From assembly GCA_964016885.1 (NCBI GenBank), contig OZ024746.1:35154001-35218000 (forward strand): a stretch of DNA of 64,000 bases, read 5' to 3'. Positions 14,828-27,579 of this stretch are shown here, piece by piece. The notes below the pieces were generated by a model, which saw only the letters and a list, made by a program, of their open reading frames with translations, had not been told where the DNA came from and made no database searches. The DNA is from Eledone cirrhosa. Its lineage: Eukaryota. The position numbers were made by a program, and so were the translations under genes. Positions within the stretch are counted from its first letter, which is position 1. Every line of letters starts with the position of its first letter.

Positions 14828-15474
14828 GCACGCGAAAAGCTTGAAAGAAAACAATGAACTTAGATGGAGTTGCTAAAGACCGATCTTTCGAGTCGACAAG
14901 AAATAATGCCGATTATCATTTTTAGATAAAAGGCATTATTAAGATGGCAATATCTGATTATATACTCATATTAGGAGTAGGGACACAAACATATATATTT
15001 CAAATAACATTAGTACTGTGGTTACTTGTTGGGATAGAATTTAGAGTAGTGCGTGTAATGCTACTACAGGTAATAATACAATATTAAGATCTTCTTGAAT
15101 TTCATTATATTCATCTTCATTAATCCAAAAGAACATGGAAACGAAAAAAGAAAAAGAAAACATAACAATAAAACCAATATCAGCAACAACTGGAAACGTG
15201 CACAGAAACGATAATAATGCATGAACAGGACGTTAATGAGAAGTCACTGACATTATATCATGAAAACAACAAAAATAACAATAACCTTAACAGCAACAAC
15301 AATAAACATATCTGGATAGTGAGGTACAAGGTGGGTGAATAAGGAATTTATCAGTTGCAAGAAATGTTACCAGGTGCATGTACACAATGCGGGGATCACA
15401 TGACTGCATTTTGCTGCACAAATCCAAATGTAGGAAATTGGATATTTAAGTAGTAACACGTGTATACACACACA

Positions 15475-15585
<111 letters not shown>

Positions 15586-15799
15586 TTCTTTATTTACCAT
15601 AAAGGCATAAAAAGAAGGGACAAATACAAAGGGGGAGTTTACATATAATCGAGTAAAAAGGGTTTAACATGAAAATAATCGAAAATAACCTCAAAAGGGA
15701 GGGGACGTGATGGGGGTTGCACACACCCCCGAAAAAGTGTGCAATCCTTTGCCCGGGGAGCACATGGAGAAGGTGCTCCCCTCTCCTTTACTTCTTTAC

Positions 15800-16560
15800 C
15801 TACAGGATGGTATACAGAGAAGGCCCATTTACACGAGCCATTCTCGCCACTATCACCCACCTTTCATAAAACTGCCTGTGGCCAAGCACCTCTCTCTCCA
15901 TTCTTATCCTTCTTCCGAAGTGATATCGGAAGAAGTAGACCAGACTATGGCCAGAGAGGAAGTTGCCTGACCTCAGACCTTTCAATCGTGTCCACCAAAC
16001 AACCTCTTTCAACATGGCTATTACGTACAGAAAAACCGCCTTTGCTTCCTTTGTGAAGAGGGGAGGCGGTTTGATTGTCATCACGGACTCGGCGGTCAAT
16101 TTAATCGGCGCCACCCGCGACAGCAGTCGTTCGGCGTAGCCCCACAGATAAGCCACGCCCGGACATTGCACCAATGCGTGCGCAACGGTTTCTTCGTGAC
16201 GCACGCATCTAGGGCAAATCTTTTTTGAGGGATCCCTGCCCGGGCTCCCGTGTCTGTAGAGCCTCTCTCGAACGGGTAGAGCCCCCCGGTAGCACTGCCA
16301 GGCCAGTGACTTCTGGAAGTTGTCCATTGGTCCTGGGTCGAAAGTCCTACCGAACAGGCTGGCCAGTTCGTCTTCTTCCATGTCCAGCCACTCTCCAAGG
16401 GTGTCATCGCCCCTGCTAGCCACCAGCCCTCTATAGAATGATGAGGTGGATTCTCCACCGATGGCCTGGCCCTCTTGCCAGAGAGCCCTGAGCGCCTGAG
16501 CACACTCAGTGTGCCAGTCTCCCAGTTTTCCGGATCTTTGCTTGACCCAGGACTGGTGAG
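15800..16560 (-). pseudogene. Out-of-frame C-terminus of Tx1 ORF2 (zf-RVT-like Cys/His region)
   Basis: CPRC..EETVAHALVQCP motif; homologous to ORF 40934-41680. Confidence 0.85.
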
Positions 16561-19230
16561 CGAGACGAGTCTCGGAAAGGCTCGTTTCACGAACGGAGCC
16601 CACACCGGTTGACCAGTGAGGAATACCTGTAGGTGCCGTAGCCTTAATGCGTGCCTACGCATCATCAACCACGGCATCCCCAGCCCTCCTTTCGAAGGTT
16701 GTTGGCAGCAGATGGATCTTCTCACCATAGGAGGACGCTTCTTCCAAAGAAACTGGAAGAGCATGCGTTCCATGGTGGTGAGTGTTTCCTTAGGGCAAGG
16801 CACAACAGTCAGGCGGTAGTAAGTGACGGACGCTATGTAAATGTTCGCCACCTCCACCCGGCCTTTTAGGGACAGCTTACACTTGGCCCATTTCTGGGTT
16901 AGTGCAAACACCTTGTTCGTAACCTCGTTCCAGTTCTTTTCCACCTGGAGGTCCGGTCCAAACCAGACCCCAAGCAACTTTACCGGGCCCTCCGTCCAGT
17001 GTCCGACGACACCGTCAGGAGGCATCGGTCTGCCTCTCCACGTTCCGAGTTGCAGCCCGATGGATTTTTCCCGGTTCAGTTTCGCTCCTGACAACCTTTC
17101 GTACTCCTCCAGTAAGGTACCGATCGCCTCGATCTCCGAGTCGGTTGATACCATTACTGTTACGTCATCGGCGTAGGCCGACACCGCTTTGCTCAATCCT
17201 GGTTCCAGGGGGATACCCTGCAACAACTCCAACTTCCTCAGTAAAGGCTCGAGAGTCAATACGTACAGAAGGGAGGAGAGAGGGCACCCCTGTCGAATGG
17301 ATCGTGTGATTTCGAACGGCTTCGAAAGGTAGCCGTTCACCTTGATCCTAGAACAGATGTGGTTGCTATGTAGGGCAGTGATCCAGCCTCTGAAAACAGG
17401 ACCGAACCCAGTCGCCGCTAGCACCGCATCCAGGTAACCATGGTCGACCCTATCGAAGGCCTTAGACTGATCTAAGTTGATCAGGGCCCCACCGAAGCCG
17501 GGTTTGTTGCCAACCCTCTCTATGATGTATCGCATGAGGTGGAGTTTATCGTGAATGGACCTGGATGGGATAGCACATGTCTGCGCATCTCCCACCAGGC
17601 CACCCTCGACAAGCGCCAACCTCTTTGCTAACACCTTGGCCAAAATCTTTAACTCTGTGTTTAGCAGGGTTATGGGCCGAAAATTATTTATATTATCCCC
17701 CTTGTTCTCGTCCTTCCTCACCAGCGTGACTACGCCCTTGGCTACAGAACAAGGAATTCTCCCGTTCTGCTGCCAATTGCAGTAGACCGCTTCGAGGAGT
17801 TCGGAGAAGAAGACCGGCATTGCTAAATAAAGTTCGTAAGGTATACCATCGAGACCTGGAGATTTGCGTCTGCTGCATTGGCTCAGCGCATCTCCGATCT
17901 CATCAGCCGAGATTGGTCCCTCGCAGGACTCTGCCTCTTCGTTCGAGAGACGCGGCAGGCCGTCGAGGTATGGACCGAAATCCACGCCCACGCCCGGACC
18001 CTCGCCTCCCCCGAACAATCGGGCAAAGTGCCTTTGAAAGGCCTCGCACATCTGCTTAGGCTCCCGGATCACCCGTCCATCTTCGTCTTGCAACGACCGG
18101 ATGGTGGATCGATTTCCACTCTTAGCTTCTGTCACGCGGGCCCATCCAACGGCTTTGGCCCCCTCATTACCTAGAGCACGTATTTTACTTCGAATGACGC
18201 AGCCTTCGTGCTTTGCATCGAAAAACTGGTTCAAGGCCGTCCTCGATGCCAGCACTCTGGCCACATCTTCGCTCTTGATTGCCTCTTCTAATTTACCTGT
18301 TAATTCTTTCTCGTTTCTATTCCTATCGGCAGCTAACATCTTGCTATAACTTATTGATTCTGTTCTAATCTCTCTTTTGAGAGATGCCCACCATCGGTTG
18401 TTGACGATTGCACCCGTCAACCTCTCCTTAACTAATCTGCTAATCCGGTTTCTGTAAGTCTCTTTTGCCGGTAAAGACAAATTAAGTTTCCAGTAACCGG
18501 GACCCTGTCTATGTGTTTTCTCGAGATTGACCACGCAGGTCACTAATTTGTGATCCGTGTAGCCAACCGTGCGCATTTCTGGACAGCTTAATATGTCCCT
18601 ATCCTTACTTCTAACTAAGAATCTATCTAAGTACGATCTAGATTGACCACTGTGGTTTCTCCAAGTCCAGGTAGGAACAGTTGGAAAATCTAGTCGATAT
18701 CTATCGACCAAGTTAAAACGGTCGAGTAACCCCTTGAGGCTGTTAAACCTCCCTCTATTAGGACATGCTCCTGCATAGTCCCAACGTGCATCCAGGATGT
18801 CATTCCAATCCCCCGCTAGAAGCAGGGAACGCGACGTTCCCAGAAAAGTCTCCAAACGCTGGAATAAGTCGGGCCGTTCAGCTCCGAAAGGGGAGTAGAC
18901 GCCGACCAGTCTCAAGGCCGCACTTTCACTACTGCCAACGTCTAGCACCAACAAACGACCCTCCGGGTCCGAGTGCACAACCTGTACGGCAAGACGCAGG
19001 TGTTTTTGCAGCAGTACGACAACCCCACCCCCACCTCCAGGTTGACAGAGAGATGCATGCACCTCAAAGTCATCGAAGGTGGGGGCCAGCTGCCGCACGA
19101 CGCTGATTCGAGTCTCACAGATAACCATTACATTTATACTACATGACCTGAGGTCATTTAGAAGCTTTGCTTGCTTCCAAGTTGAGCCCAGACCACGTGC
19201 ATTCAAACATCCTACTCTTAACACATACAT
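16096..19230 (-). CDS. Tx1-type ORF2p: APE endonuclease plus reverse transcriptase (frameshifted near 16555)
   Basis: APE motifs LNARGL, ICET, AGDWN, YLDRF, TDH. RT motifs KSPGLDG, RPITLLN, DQSKAFD, RQGCPLS, AYADD, GGLG. Confidence 0.93.
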   Translation of the reverse strand: MYVLRVGCLNARGLGSTWKQAKLLNDLRSCSINVMVICETRISVVRQLAPTFDDFEVHASLCQPGGGGGVVVLLQKHLRLAVQVVHSDPEGRLLVLDVGSSESAALRLVGVYSPFGAERPDLFQRLETFLGTSRSLLLAGDWNDILDARWDYAGACPNRGRFNSLKGLLDRFNLVDRYRLDFPTVPTWTWRNHSGQSRSYLDRFLVRSKDRDILSCPEMRTVGYTDHKLVTCVVNLEKTHRQGPGYWKLNLSLPAKETYRNRISRLVKERLTGAIVNNRWWASLKREIRTESISYSKMLAADRNRNEKELTGKLEEAIKSEDVARVLASRTALNQFFDAKHEGCVIRSKIRALGNEGAKAVGWARVTEAKSGNRSTIRSLQDEDGRVIREPKQMCEAFQRHFARLFGGGEGPGVGVDFGPYLDGLPRLSNEEAESCEGPISADEIGDALSQCSRRKSPGLDGIPYELYLAMPVFFSELLEAVYCNWQQNGRIPCSVAKGVVTLVRKDENKGDNINNFRPITLLNTELKILAKVLAKRLALVEGGLVGDAQTCAIPSRSIHDKLHLMRYIIERVGNKPGFGGALINLDQSKAFDRVDHGYLDAVLAATGFGPVFRGWITALHSNHICSRIKVNGYLSKPFEITRSIRQGCPLSSLLYVLTLEPLLRKLELLQGIPLEPGLSKAVSAYADDVTVMVSTDSEIEAIGTLLEEYERLSGAKLNREKSIGLQLGTWRGRPMPPDGVVGHWTEGPVKLLGVWFGPDLQVEKNWNEVTNKVFALTQKWAKCKLSLKGRVEVANIYIASVTYYRLTVVPCPKETLTTMERMLFQFLWKKRPPMVRRSICCQQPSKGGLGMPWLMMRRHALRLRHLQVFLTGQPVWAPFVKRAFPRLVSLTSPGSSKDPENWETGTLSVLRRSGLSGKRARPSVENPPHHSIEGWWLAGAMTPLESGWTWKKTNWPACSVGLSTQDQWTTSRSHWPGSATGGLYPFERGSTDTGARAGIPQKRFALDACVTKKPLRTHWCNVRAWLICGATPNDCCRGWRRLN

Positions 19231-19263
19231 GTGGGCGGCAGAGCCAAAGGAGAGTGTAGAGAC

Positions 19264-20988
19264 CTACCTTTCCGCTCCCCGGGGTTCGGGTTGCACGACT
19301 TCCATGGGGTCGGGGGTGTTGGGTGAAGGGGTGTCTTGTGGTGGTGTGGGGTCGTCAGTGTGTGGTGGGGTTGGGGTGTTTGGAGTTGTGTTGGGGAGGG
19401 GAAGGGGAGGGGGAAAGCTTTTTAGTAGGACGCGGTTTATGGGTTTGACAGAGGGTGGTCCTACGTCCTCCTTAAAATCCTTTTTTAGTTTTTGGTAGAG
19501 GTTCATTGGGATCTTTATTAGTTTTAAATGTGGGTAGTTTTCTGACGAAACAAAGTTTACACCTTCGGTTTGTACCGAAGGATTATTGTATATGAGCTCA
19601 TTTAATTTATTATTGTTTCTGTTGATGTAAGTATAGTGTAATGTCTTTTTTTCCGATGGTGTGAGTGTTTCGAAGAGGGGAGGGGCAGGTTTGGTTTTGT
19701 TTGTTGCTGGAGGGGTGTTTTCTGTTTTGTTGGATTGTGTTGAGATTTGGTTGGGGGTTGTTTGTCCTTGTGTGTTTTGCACATGTTTTCTTTTTTTCCT
19801 TTTAATCTGTCTGAAGGACTCCGTTTCTTCCTCCGAATTCGTTGGGTTATCTTCAGTGTTGGAGGGAAGAGGTATGTTTGCTGGTAATGTTTCCGTGTTG
19901 GTTTTCTTTGTGGGGGAGATGGATGTCACTATGTTAGACTGTGTTGTGTGTTGTGTCTGCGGTGGTTGTGTTGTTTTATTGAGTGAGAGGTTGGGTGGGC
20001 CTGTATTTTGTTTTGGGGTAATGTGTTGTGACTGTTTGTGTTGTGGTGGTGTTGTGGTTTTACTGAGGGACGGGTTGGGTGGGACTGAGTTTTGTTGTTT
20101 GTTTATCTGTTGTGGTGGTGGTGGTGGAGCTGGTGTTGGTAGCAGGGTTTTCGTTTTGTTGAGTTGGGGACAAGCGGCCTTCAGGTGCCCTCTGCCTGCA
20201 CAGATATGGCAGGACGGCCTTCTCCCCTCCACGCTAATGTTTATATACCCGTGGTCCTCTAATAGGATTCTGTCGGGTATTTGGGCGATGCGTTCAGGCT
20301 TCATTTGTACTACCAGCTCTATACCTGTTCCACTGAACGCATTGCCTGTGGTTTTCCCAATGGAAATCACGTTGTCATTCACTGGATCGATGAAGCCAGC
20401 TATGAGCCAGCAGTAGTCCACATCTGGCATCATTGCATCCAGCCATATGCGTTGAGTTCTTTTCCCCATATAAGATGGATAAAAGGTGAAATTTTTCGAA
20501 CGAATCGGTGAAAAAGCACATTTTTTTGCCGCCGATTCGTTCTTCATGATAATTGCTAGGCTTCCATACAGTCTGTCTTTTCTTATGAAAGTGGTTTCAT
20601 TAAGTACTTCTGTGAGTACTGTTTTGATATCTACTTGAGAAGGCTGTTCAGGTTTTTTTGTACTGTTGTTGATGGTCCGAAACTTGACCGTTCGGCTTTC
20701 AATGTCTTTCGTGAATTCTTGAGGCATTTTTACCGATAAAATACCATTCTCTCCTTCACTTATGTATTGTTTGGCGTCCGTGATCCTTCGTACCACATCT
20801 GAAATGTTTTCCGCTATATAAGTCAAAGATTTCTTTGTTTTCTGTGCAAATGAAATCTTGTCGTCTGCTTTGTTTTCTGATATTGTGTTATTTTCAACTG
20901 TTATTTTTGTGTTTGTTGTGTCTTTGTTTGTGTTATTAGTATTGTCATGCAATTTTTCAAATTTTTTTTTTTCGTTGTTGGAATCCAA
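19264..20988 (-). CDS. Tx1-type ORF1p (gag-like nucleic-acid-binding protein)
   Basis: 574-aa open frame with an SFAQ motif near the N-terminus, a CCHC knuckle CHICAGRGHLKAAC and a Pro/Thr/Gln-rich tail; ends 33 nt before ORF2. Confidence 0.85.
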   Translation of the reverse strand: MDSNNEKKKFEKLHDNTNNTNKDTTNTKITVENNTISENKADDKISFAQKTKKSLTYIAENISDVVRRITDAKQYISEGENGILSVKMPQEFTKDIESRTVKFRTINNSTKKPEQPSQVDIKTVLTEVLNETTFIRKDRLYGSLAIIMKNESAAKKCAFSPIRSKNFTFYPSYMGKRTQRIWLDAMMPDVDYCWLIAGFIDPVNDNVISIGKTTGNAFSGTGIELVVQMKPERIAQIPDRILLEDHGYINISVEGRRPSCHICAGRGHLKAACPQLNKTKTLLPTPAPPPPPQQINKQQNSVPPNPSLSKTTTPPQHKQSQHITPKQNTGPPNLSLNKTTQPPQTQHTTQSNIVTSISPTKKTNTETLPANIPLPSNTEDNPTNSEEETESFRQIKRKKRKHVQNTQGQTTPNQISTQSNKTENTPPATNKTKPAPPLFETLTPSEKKTLHYTYINRNNNKLNELIYNNPSVQTEGVNFVSSENYPHLKLIKIPMNLYQKLKKDFKEDVGPPSVKPINRVLLKSFPPPLPLPNTTPNTPTPPHTDDPTPPQDTPSPNTPDPMEVVQPEPRGAER

Positions 20989-21396
20989 GTCCAGATTTGT
21001 GTTTTCGTCATTTAATTTTTCTCCGCAGATTCGTCTGTTTTTATTTTAATTTTTCCTTCCTTCTCTATGACGTTAGTTGGGAAGGAAGGGAGGACTAAAG
21101 CGTGCGAGCTTACAACTCTTACCGCTGTCCCCCCACCACTATTTTCGTTCGCTGCGTTTAACATTTCTGTTAGACGATTGAAATTTTTTACACAAAATTT
21201 TTTAAAACAGGTTTTTCACCTCTAGGAGGGGTAAAGATGAGCTGACCCACCGCCTGACAGTTCAGACGGAGGGTCAAGCTACACAATTGTATCAAAATTA
21301 AGTTTGAACTCACAAAATTTCCTCAATAAATTTGAACAAAACTTCTGTGCGAAGTGAATGACATCCACACTGTAGAACAGACGACAGCTAGCTTTT

Positions 21397-21476
<80 letters not shown>

Positions 21477-22189
21477 CGTACATACGTACACACGCATATG
21501 TATATTTATATATATATACTCAAAAACTCAGCAATGTCCAGCAGTGCTAATTTTAATATTCTGATCGCAGATTTGGTACGAGTGATGAAGAATGTGTCCC
21601 GCATGTCCGACCCAACAGAAATACAACAAAATACAATCTTGGTGAGGCAGTATTCAGTTCGGATAATATAGTTCTAGACAAAAATTAAAATTAAAATTTT
21701 GGCATGATGATCTGATGATCATGGCTGGAACGCTTTATGTTATAGGCCTACTATACTGGGGTTTAATGTCATACAAATGTATTACCATATCCCAAATCTT
21801 CACACCATCTTTTCATTATCATCACGTATGAATCATTGCATTCCACATCTGTATCCTCATCATCACAATATTCACTATCACCAATATATATAACTTCATC
21901 CCCATCATCACCATCATCTTCATCATTATATACATCATCATCATCAACAACAACAATAAAATAACATTATCATCATTAGCATCATGACATTCAATTTGAC
22001 TATTTGTTAATTAACCGATATTTCCCAATGCTACCGGATAAATCAATAACTACACGGTTCCTATTTTCTTTTCCTTAAAATCCTTATGCCCCGGGTTTTG
22101 AGTAAAACAATTATATTACAGACATAAAGAATATTATTATGAATCATCATCATTAGAGTAATTTTAATTACCATTATTGCCTATAATTA

Positions 22190-22193
22190 TTAT

Positions 22194-22227
<34 letters not shown>

Positions 22228-22234
22228 GCTGCTG

Positions 22235-22285
<51 letters not shown>
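22190..22285. repeat. (TAC)n microsatellite
   Basis: Direct reading. Confidence 0.95.
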
Positions 22286-22294
22286 TCATTTTAT

Positions 22295-23390
22295 TTTTAT
22301 TTGATGTTTATGTTACTGACTCCCCTTCCTCTTGATCATAGAGAACGAAATTGTGGATATTACATGTCGAAAGAGACCATGTCTATGAAGCATCTATTGT
22401 TCATTGATGATTTACAGCTGTATGGTCGCAATGAAAGAGACCTTCATTCAATTGTCCACACAGTGTATCCGATGACATTGGGATGACATTTCGTTTAGAC
22501 AAATACAAGATATTGTCAATGAAAAAGGGCAAATTCGTTGAGATCGATTTTATTGAAATGCCTAATGGTGACAGCATGTCTCACATTGAAGAAACAAGCT
22601 ACAAATACATGAGCATGCTGCATAATGAAGGAATTAGAATAAGCAAAATGAAGGAAAATATTTGTTTCTACTTTAGGCACAAGGCCAGCAATTACCCAGT
22701 TCATTACTGGTACTTTATTTTATCGACCCCCTAAGGATGAAAGGCAAAGTCAACCTCGGCGGGATTTGAACTCAGATCGTAAAGGGACGTAACTATGCTG
22801 GAAAGCATAATGAAGGAAAATATTAAAAGGAGTACATCAGGAGAATGAGAAAAGTATCTAAGTCAAAACTGTATGCAGGAAATTTAACATCTGAATAAAA
22901 AAAAATGGGCTTTCTGGGCTTTGAGGTATACTAATGGAATAGTGGACTGGGCGATACAAGACCTTGAAAGAATTTATAGAGGCACACGTAAGATCTTAAC
23001 GTGCAATAGGTTGTTACAGCCAAAAGCAAATATTACAAGATTGCACCTGAAGAGGAAGGCAGATGATAGAGTTTAATTTCAGTTGACAATATAGACGTAG
23101 TGAGTGTAACTGTTTATCGGGATATCTGACATTAACTGTCGAACCACTACTGTGAGTGGTTATGAAGGGAGATTTAATAACAGAAAGTCAAGGTAAGGAA
23201 TTATTCAAAAAGCCTTTAGAAAAAAACGAGAGCAGGCATGGTTAGAAAAGACTGTTCATGGTAAATTTCCAGTTGTCATTAAAGATATTGTTGGATTTGG
23301 TTTTGGTCCGGTTGGGTTGAAAAAAGGCACTGAAGCTATTACTGCTTCGCAAGATCATTTATTCAATACCAATTAGATAAAAGCCAGTTA
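22295..23390 (+). pseudogene. Decayed R4/Dong-like RT C-terminal fragment, interrupted by a SINE
   Basis: HLLFIDDLQLYG, DIGMTFRLDK, SYKYM, EYIRRMRKVSKSKLYAGNL, GIVDW, PKANITRL and WLEKTVHGKF across broken frames. Confidence 0.75.
22663..22808 (-). mobile_element. 5'-truncated SINE family A with 16-bp TSD
   Basis: AATGAAGGAAAATATT at 22647-22662 and 22809-22824. Confidence 0.92.
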
Positions 23391-23956
23391 CAAGGACAGA
23401 CAAGCCCCCTCCCGCCTCTCAGCTGGCCAACCAAGTCACTCAGTTAGCCGGTCAGGCAGTCAATAGGCCAGTCAGCCGGTCAAACAGTCATGTAGCCAGC
23501 TAAGGTAATTAGTGAGCTAGCCAGTCAGCTATGCAGCCAGCCTGCAGCTGTAGATCTTTCACAGATGCCACCAAAAGCTTGGAGACGAGCTCATATTAAA
23601 AAAAACAAGTAAAAGAGATCAGATGTATGATAACCACCAGACTTTGCAATCAATGATGTAGGTTACACACCTTCTGACAGTAGCATTCGCACAATAGGTG
23701 TGGTGTTGGGGCGAGTCTAGCGCACAATGGAACCATGCACCAACAGCCCGTTTTATGAGCGAAAAACGCACGTCACTCAAGGCTTATCTTTTTCATTTTG
23801 TTATTCTTTTAATTCCATTGAGTAGGGTCAACATGATCGTGACACTGGTCTTAGCATTCATTACAATCATCATGACTTTGTTGTTGTAAGGATTATTATA
23901 TTTGCTATTGCTAATTTAGTTTGTATTGTCAAAAAGTTAATAAATAATGATAATGT

Positions 23957-23978
23957 TTCCATTTTATTTCAGGTAAGT
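23957..23978 (+). other. Candidate recursive splice site (3'ss directly joined to 5'ss)
   Basis: TTCCATTTTATTTCAG|GTAAGT, junction 23972/23973. Confidence 0.4.
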
Positions 23979-24153
23979 ACGCTTCAATATTTTTCCGATT
24001 AGAAATTGAGAGGGCATATATTCCGGTAAGATCTAACTCTATTATATGGATGATTGTCGATAAAATTTTAAAGTCAATGTCATACCGTATAATATCTGTC
24101 AAATACAAATATTTATTGTTACTGTTGTATAAAGTACTTTATTCCTTAGAGAT

Positions 24154-24197
<44 letters not shown>

Positions 24198-24227
24198 AAA
24201 ATATATATATATATATATATATATATT

Positions 24228-24441
24228 CATTAAAATAACAGATTAAAGTTTAAGCAAAGAATCGCTGCTTTCACCCTTAACGGGATCTTCTGAAACGTTA
24301 AGGGTGAAAGCAGCGATTCTTTGCTTAGACTTTAATCTGTTATTTTAATAAATATTTGCTCTAGGGTTCTTATATATTTGATATATATTTATCCTTATCG
24401 AGCCCTCTTTGGATTTTAGTCTTCAAATTTATTATTATTAC

Positions 24442-24443
<2 letters not shown>
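24228..24443. mobile_element. Fold-back element family E in (TA)n (relatives at 8315-8412, 38525-38692, 46240-46510)
   Basis: Arms about 24228-24282 and 24296-24349; hammerhead-like fold at the centre. Confidence 0.8.
24248..24296 (-). ncRNA. Hammerhead-like fold with CAGAAGA core
   Basis: GUUU-CAGAAGA-U-CCC(GUUAA)GGG-U-GAA-AGCA(GCGAUUCUU)UGCU-U-AAAC; the same core is at about 38624-38668 (+). Confidence 0.55.
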
Positions 24444-24488
<45 letters not shown>

Positions 24489-24513
24489 TCGATAATTTAT
24501 TTATATATATATA

Positions 24514-24696
24514 TAATTGTTTCCACTTTTGGAACAAGGCCATCAATTACCAGTACATTACTGGTATTTTATCGACCCCGTAATGATGAAAGGCAAAGTT
24601 AACCCCGGCAGGATTTGAACTCAGAGCGTAAAGGGATGTAACTATGCTGGAATGCATGGCGTCCGACCCTCTACCGATACTGCCAATCCACCACCA
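24514..24696 (-). mobile_element. SINE family A
   Basis: Full head, core and tail. Confidence 0.9.
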
Positions 24697-25903
24697 TATA
24701 TATATATATAATAGATGTATGTATGTAAAAGTGTGTGCGCTTGCGTGCGGGATTAGTGTATTTTTGTGCGTGTTTATTCATGTATAACTACATATATCTG
24801 TATGCATGTGTGTGGATATATTTTTATATTTTTCTTGCTGTAAATAGGGCTGATGAACTCCTCATAATAAACGGCCATCTATTCCAACTATGAGCAAAAT
24901 TGCCTCACCCAGCCGCAATTGGCCAGGCGTAGTGAGTACAGCTATACACATCACATGACTACATTCATACACAAAGCGATGGAGATTAGCTGTTTTGCAC
25001 TAGGTCAGTCTTAATTGAACAGATCTATGATCAAAACCATTCCAATGTCACTCTACATTTTGACAACTCCAATTTCTGTGTATCTAGCACCGTATTGTAC
25101 CCTTTGATATTTAAGACGGTAGGCTAATTTTTCAACAAGATCGAGCTATCTTCAATAGATTCTCTCTTGGCCCATAAGTGTCCCGTGCTAAACTCATAAA
25201 GATGACGCTAATGGTGATAGGAGCCGTGCTAAGGGGATGTGGTTAAGTTGATAATCATGAAGACCGTGACGGAGTTGATGGAACATGACGATTTGATCAT
25301 AATCATGAGCTTACTCGTGCTAGTGATTTTGTTGCTGTTGGTACTGTGTTATTTGAATGGTGTGGTTGCTGTAGATATTAAATAGAGCTAAGAGATAGGC
25401 GATGAAATAAATCAGTTATGCAAGGAAATCAATACGATATTTTATTTTAGTTTTTTGCTACTGACAAGAAAACATCATTTCGTGTATGTACATAATTGTT
25501 ATTGTTTCTGTGTATAATGTCATTTCTATGACAATAATCAGATAGTTCACCAATTATTTAATATCACTGACGTCTTTAGTCATTTTATCACGAATCACCT
25601 GAAACAACGAAATGAAAACAACTATACATATTGAAACAAAGGAGAGAGGATGCAATATATATATATATATATGTATGTATGTTTGTGTATGTGTTTGTGT
25701 TTGTGTGTGTGTGCATGTATCAGTATAAGTGCGTGTGTATTGTCTTGCATTAATATATAAATATATATATAAAGAGAGAGAGAGAGAGCAATATAGTTGA
25801 CATGAAGCTTTAGTAGATATGTAATAAGTGATAAGAGCTTCAGAAAGCCTGTAAAATGTAGATAGAAATATACATATGAAAATATATAGAAATATATGTA
25901 TAA

Positions 25904-26199
<296 letters not shown>

Positions 26200-26328
26200 G
26201 TATAAAGGTGATACTTAGGTAAAGGATGACAAATTAAATTTAATGATGAAATATACAGGGTTAAAAAGATACATTTTGTTTTGCTTCCTTTTCCCCCAAA
26301 ACCTCCTATACATACATATACCATGTAA

Positions 26329-26497
26329 ATAATTGTTTCTATTTTTGGCACAGGGCCAGCAATTGTCCAGTACTTTATTGTATCGACCCTGTAAGGATGA
26401 AAGGCAAAGTTAACCTCGGGGGGATTTGAACTCAGACTGTAAATGAATGTAACTATGCTGGAAAGCATGGCGTCCAACTCTCTACCGATACTGTCAA
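26329..26497 (-). mobile_element. SINE family A
   Basis: Tail, core and head match. Confidence 0.88.
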
Positions 26498-26881
26498 ATC
26501 ATTAATGAAAGTATGTTGTCTGTTTGTTAATGCGATTTATGTGCTATCTCTAGCTGTATATGTGAGCGTGATTGTGAGTGTGTGCACGTTCAGAATTGAA
26601 AGAAAAACCCCACTAAACAATATGTAATATTACATAACACTGTCGACAATTTGGATAAAGAAAGGAAGAAAGTAAAATCATCTTATGTATTCCTATTCAA
26701 TTTCTTATTTGAAAATATTTAAACCTAACTCACCATCATTTCCTTTCAACTACCCGTTTCTATAACACCTCCTTTCTCATCACGTTTCTCTATATCTCTT
26801 CCTCCTTCCAACCCATTCTCTCTTTCCGTCTCTCTCTCTCCTCTCTATCTCAAACTGTCTCTCTCCCTCTCTTATGCTCTC

Positions 26882-26937
<56 letters not shown>

Positions 26938-27579
26938 TGTATGTGTGTGTATATTTATATATATGTTTGTGGGTTTGTGTTTAAATATATATATATATGA
27001 GTGTGTGTGTATCACTTCAGGGTTTCTTGTCTCACAATATTCTTGCAAGTATCACATGCTGCAGTGGTTATTGCTTTCAAGTCTTTTTTTTTTAATCAAT
27101 TTATTACGATGTGTGCTCTCTGTTTTGTTAGGGATAATTAAATTTAATCTATGAAGCCACCTGTAAACAAATCCCCTGTTATTTACTGTACTATTCATGA
27201 TATCTGTTGTGCTGCTGGTTGTAGTGATCATGTTGGTGATTAGTGATGGATTTGTTGAGGATGGATCTGGTGTCGAAAGTGGAGTTACTAGTAGAGGTGA
27301 GGGAGCTGCTGCTATTTATGTTAGCTCTGTTTTGTACTGACGGTTTTCATTGTGGTCGTCGTGAAACACTTGATTTGAGAGAATTCATTGTTGTTGATAG
27401 CGGTGTTCTTCTGTAGACTTCCACAATTCCTGGCTGGAAATAATTGTGGTATGGTTGGAGATCTTGGCATTATATTTGGTATATCTGCGATCACTCTTTT
27501 CAGAAGTGTTTGTGACGAAACTGTCATTAGTTGGAACTGTTTAGGTTGTAGTCTCTGTATCTAATGGTCGAGTAATAAT

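Larger units (their letters stand above)
15586..21396 (-). mobile_element. Full-length Tx1/L1-clade LINE (5.8 kb) inserted in a (GATA)n/(TATC)n microsatellite
   Basis: 5'UTR, ORF1, ORF2 and 3'UTR ending AATAAAGAAA-(TCTA)n. (GATA)n at 15519-15585 and 21397-21476 abuts both ends. Confidence 0.92.

Noticed and set aside
19079-20511. Plus-strand ORFs of 139-251 aa rich in Gly/Val/Cys
   Set aside because: Antisense shadows of the Pro/Thr/Gln-rich Tx1 ORF1. The same applies to antisense ORFs over ORF2 and the RTE.
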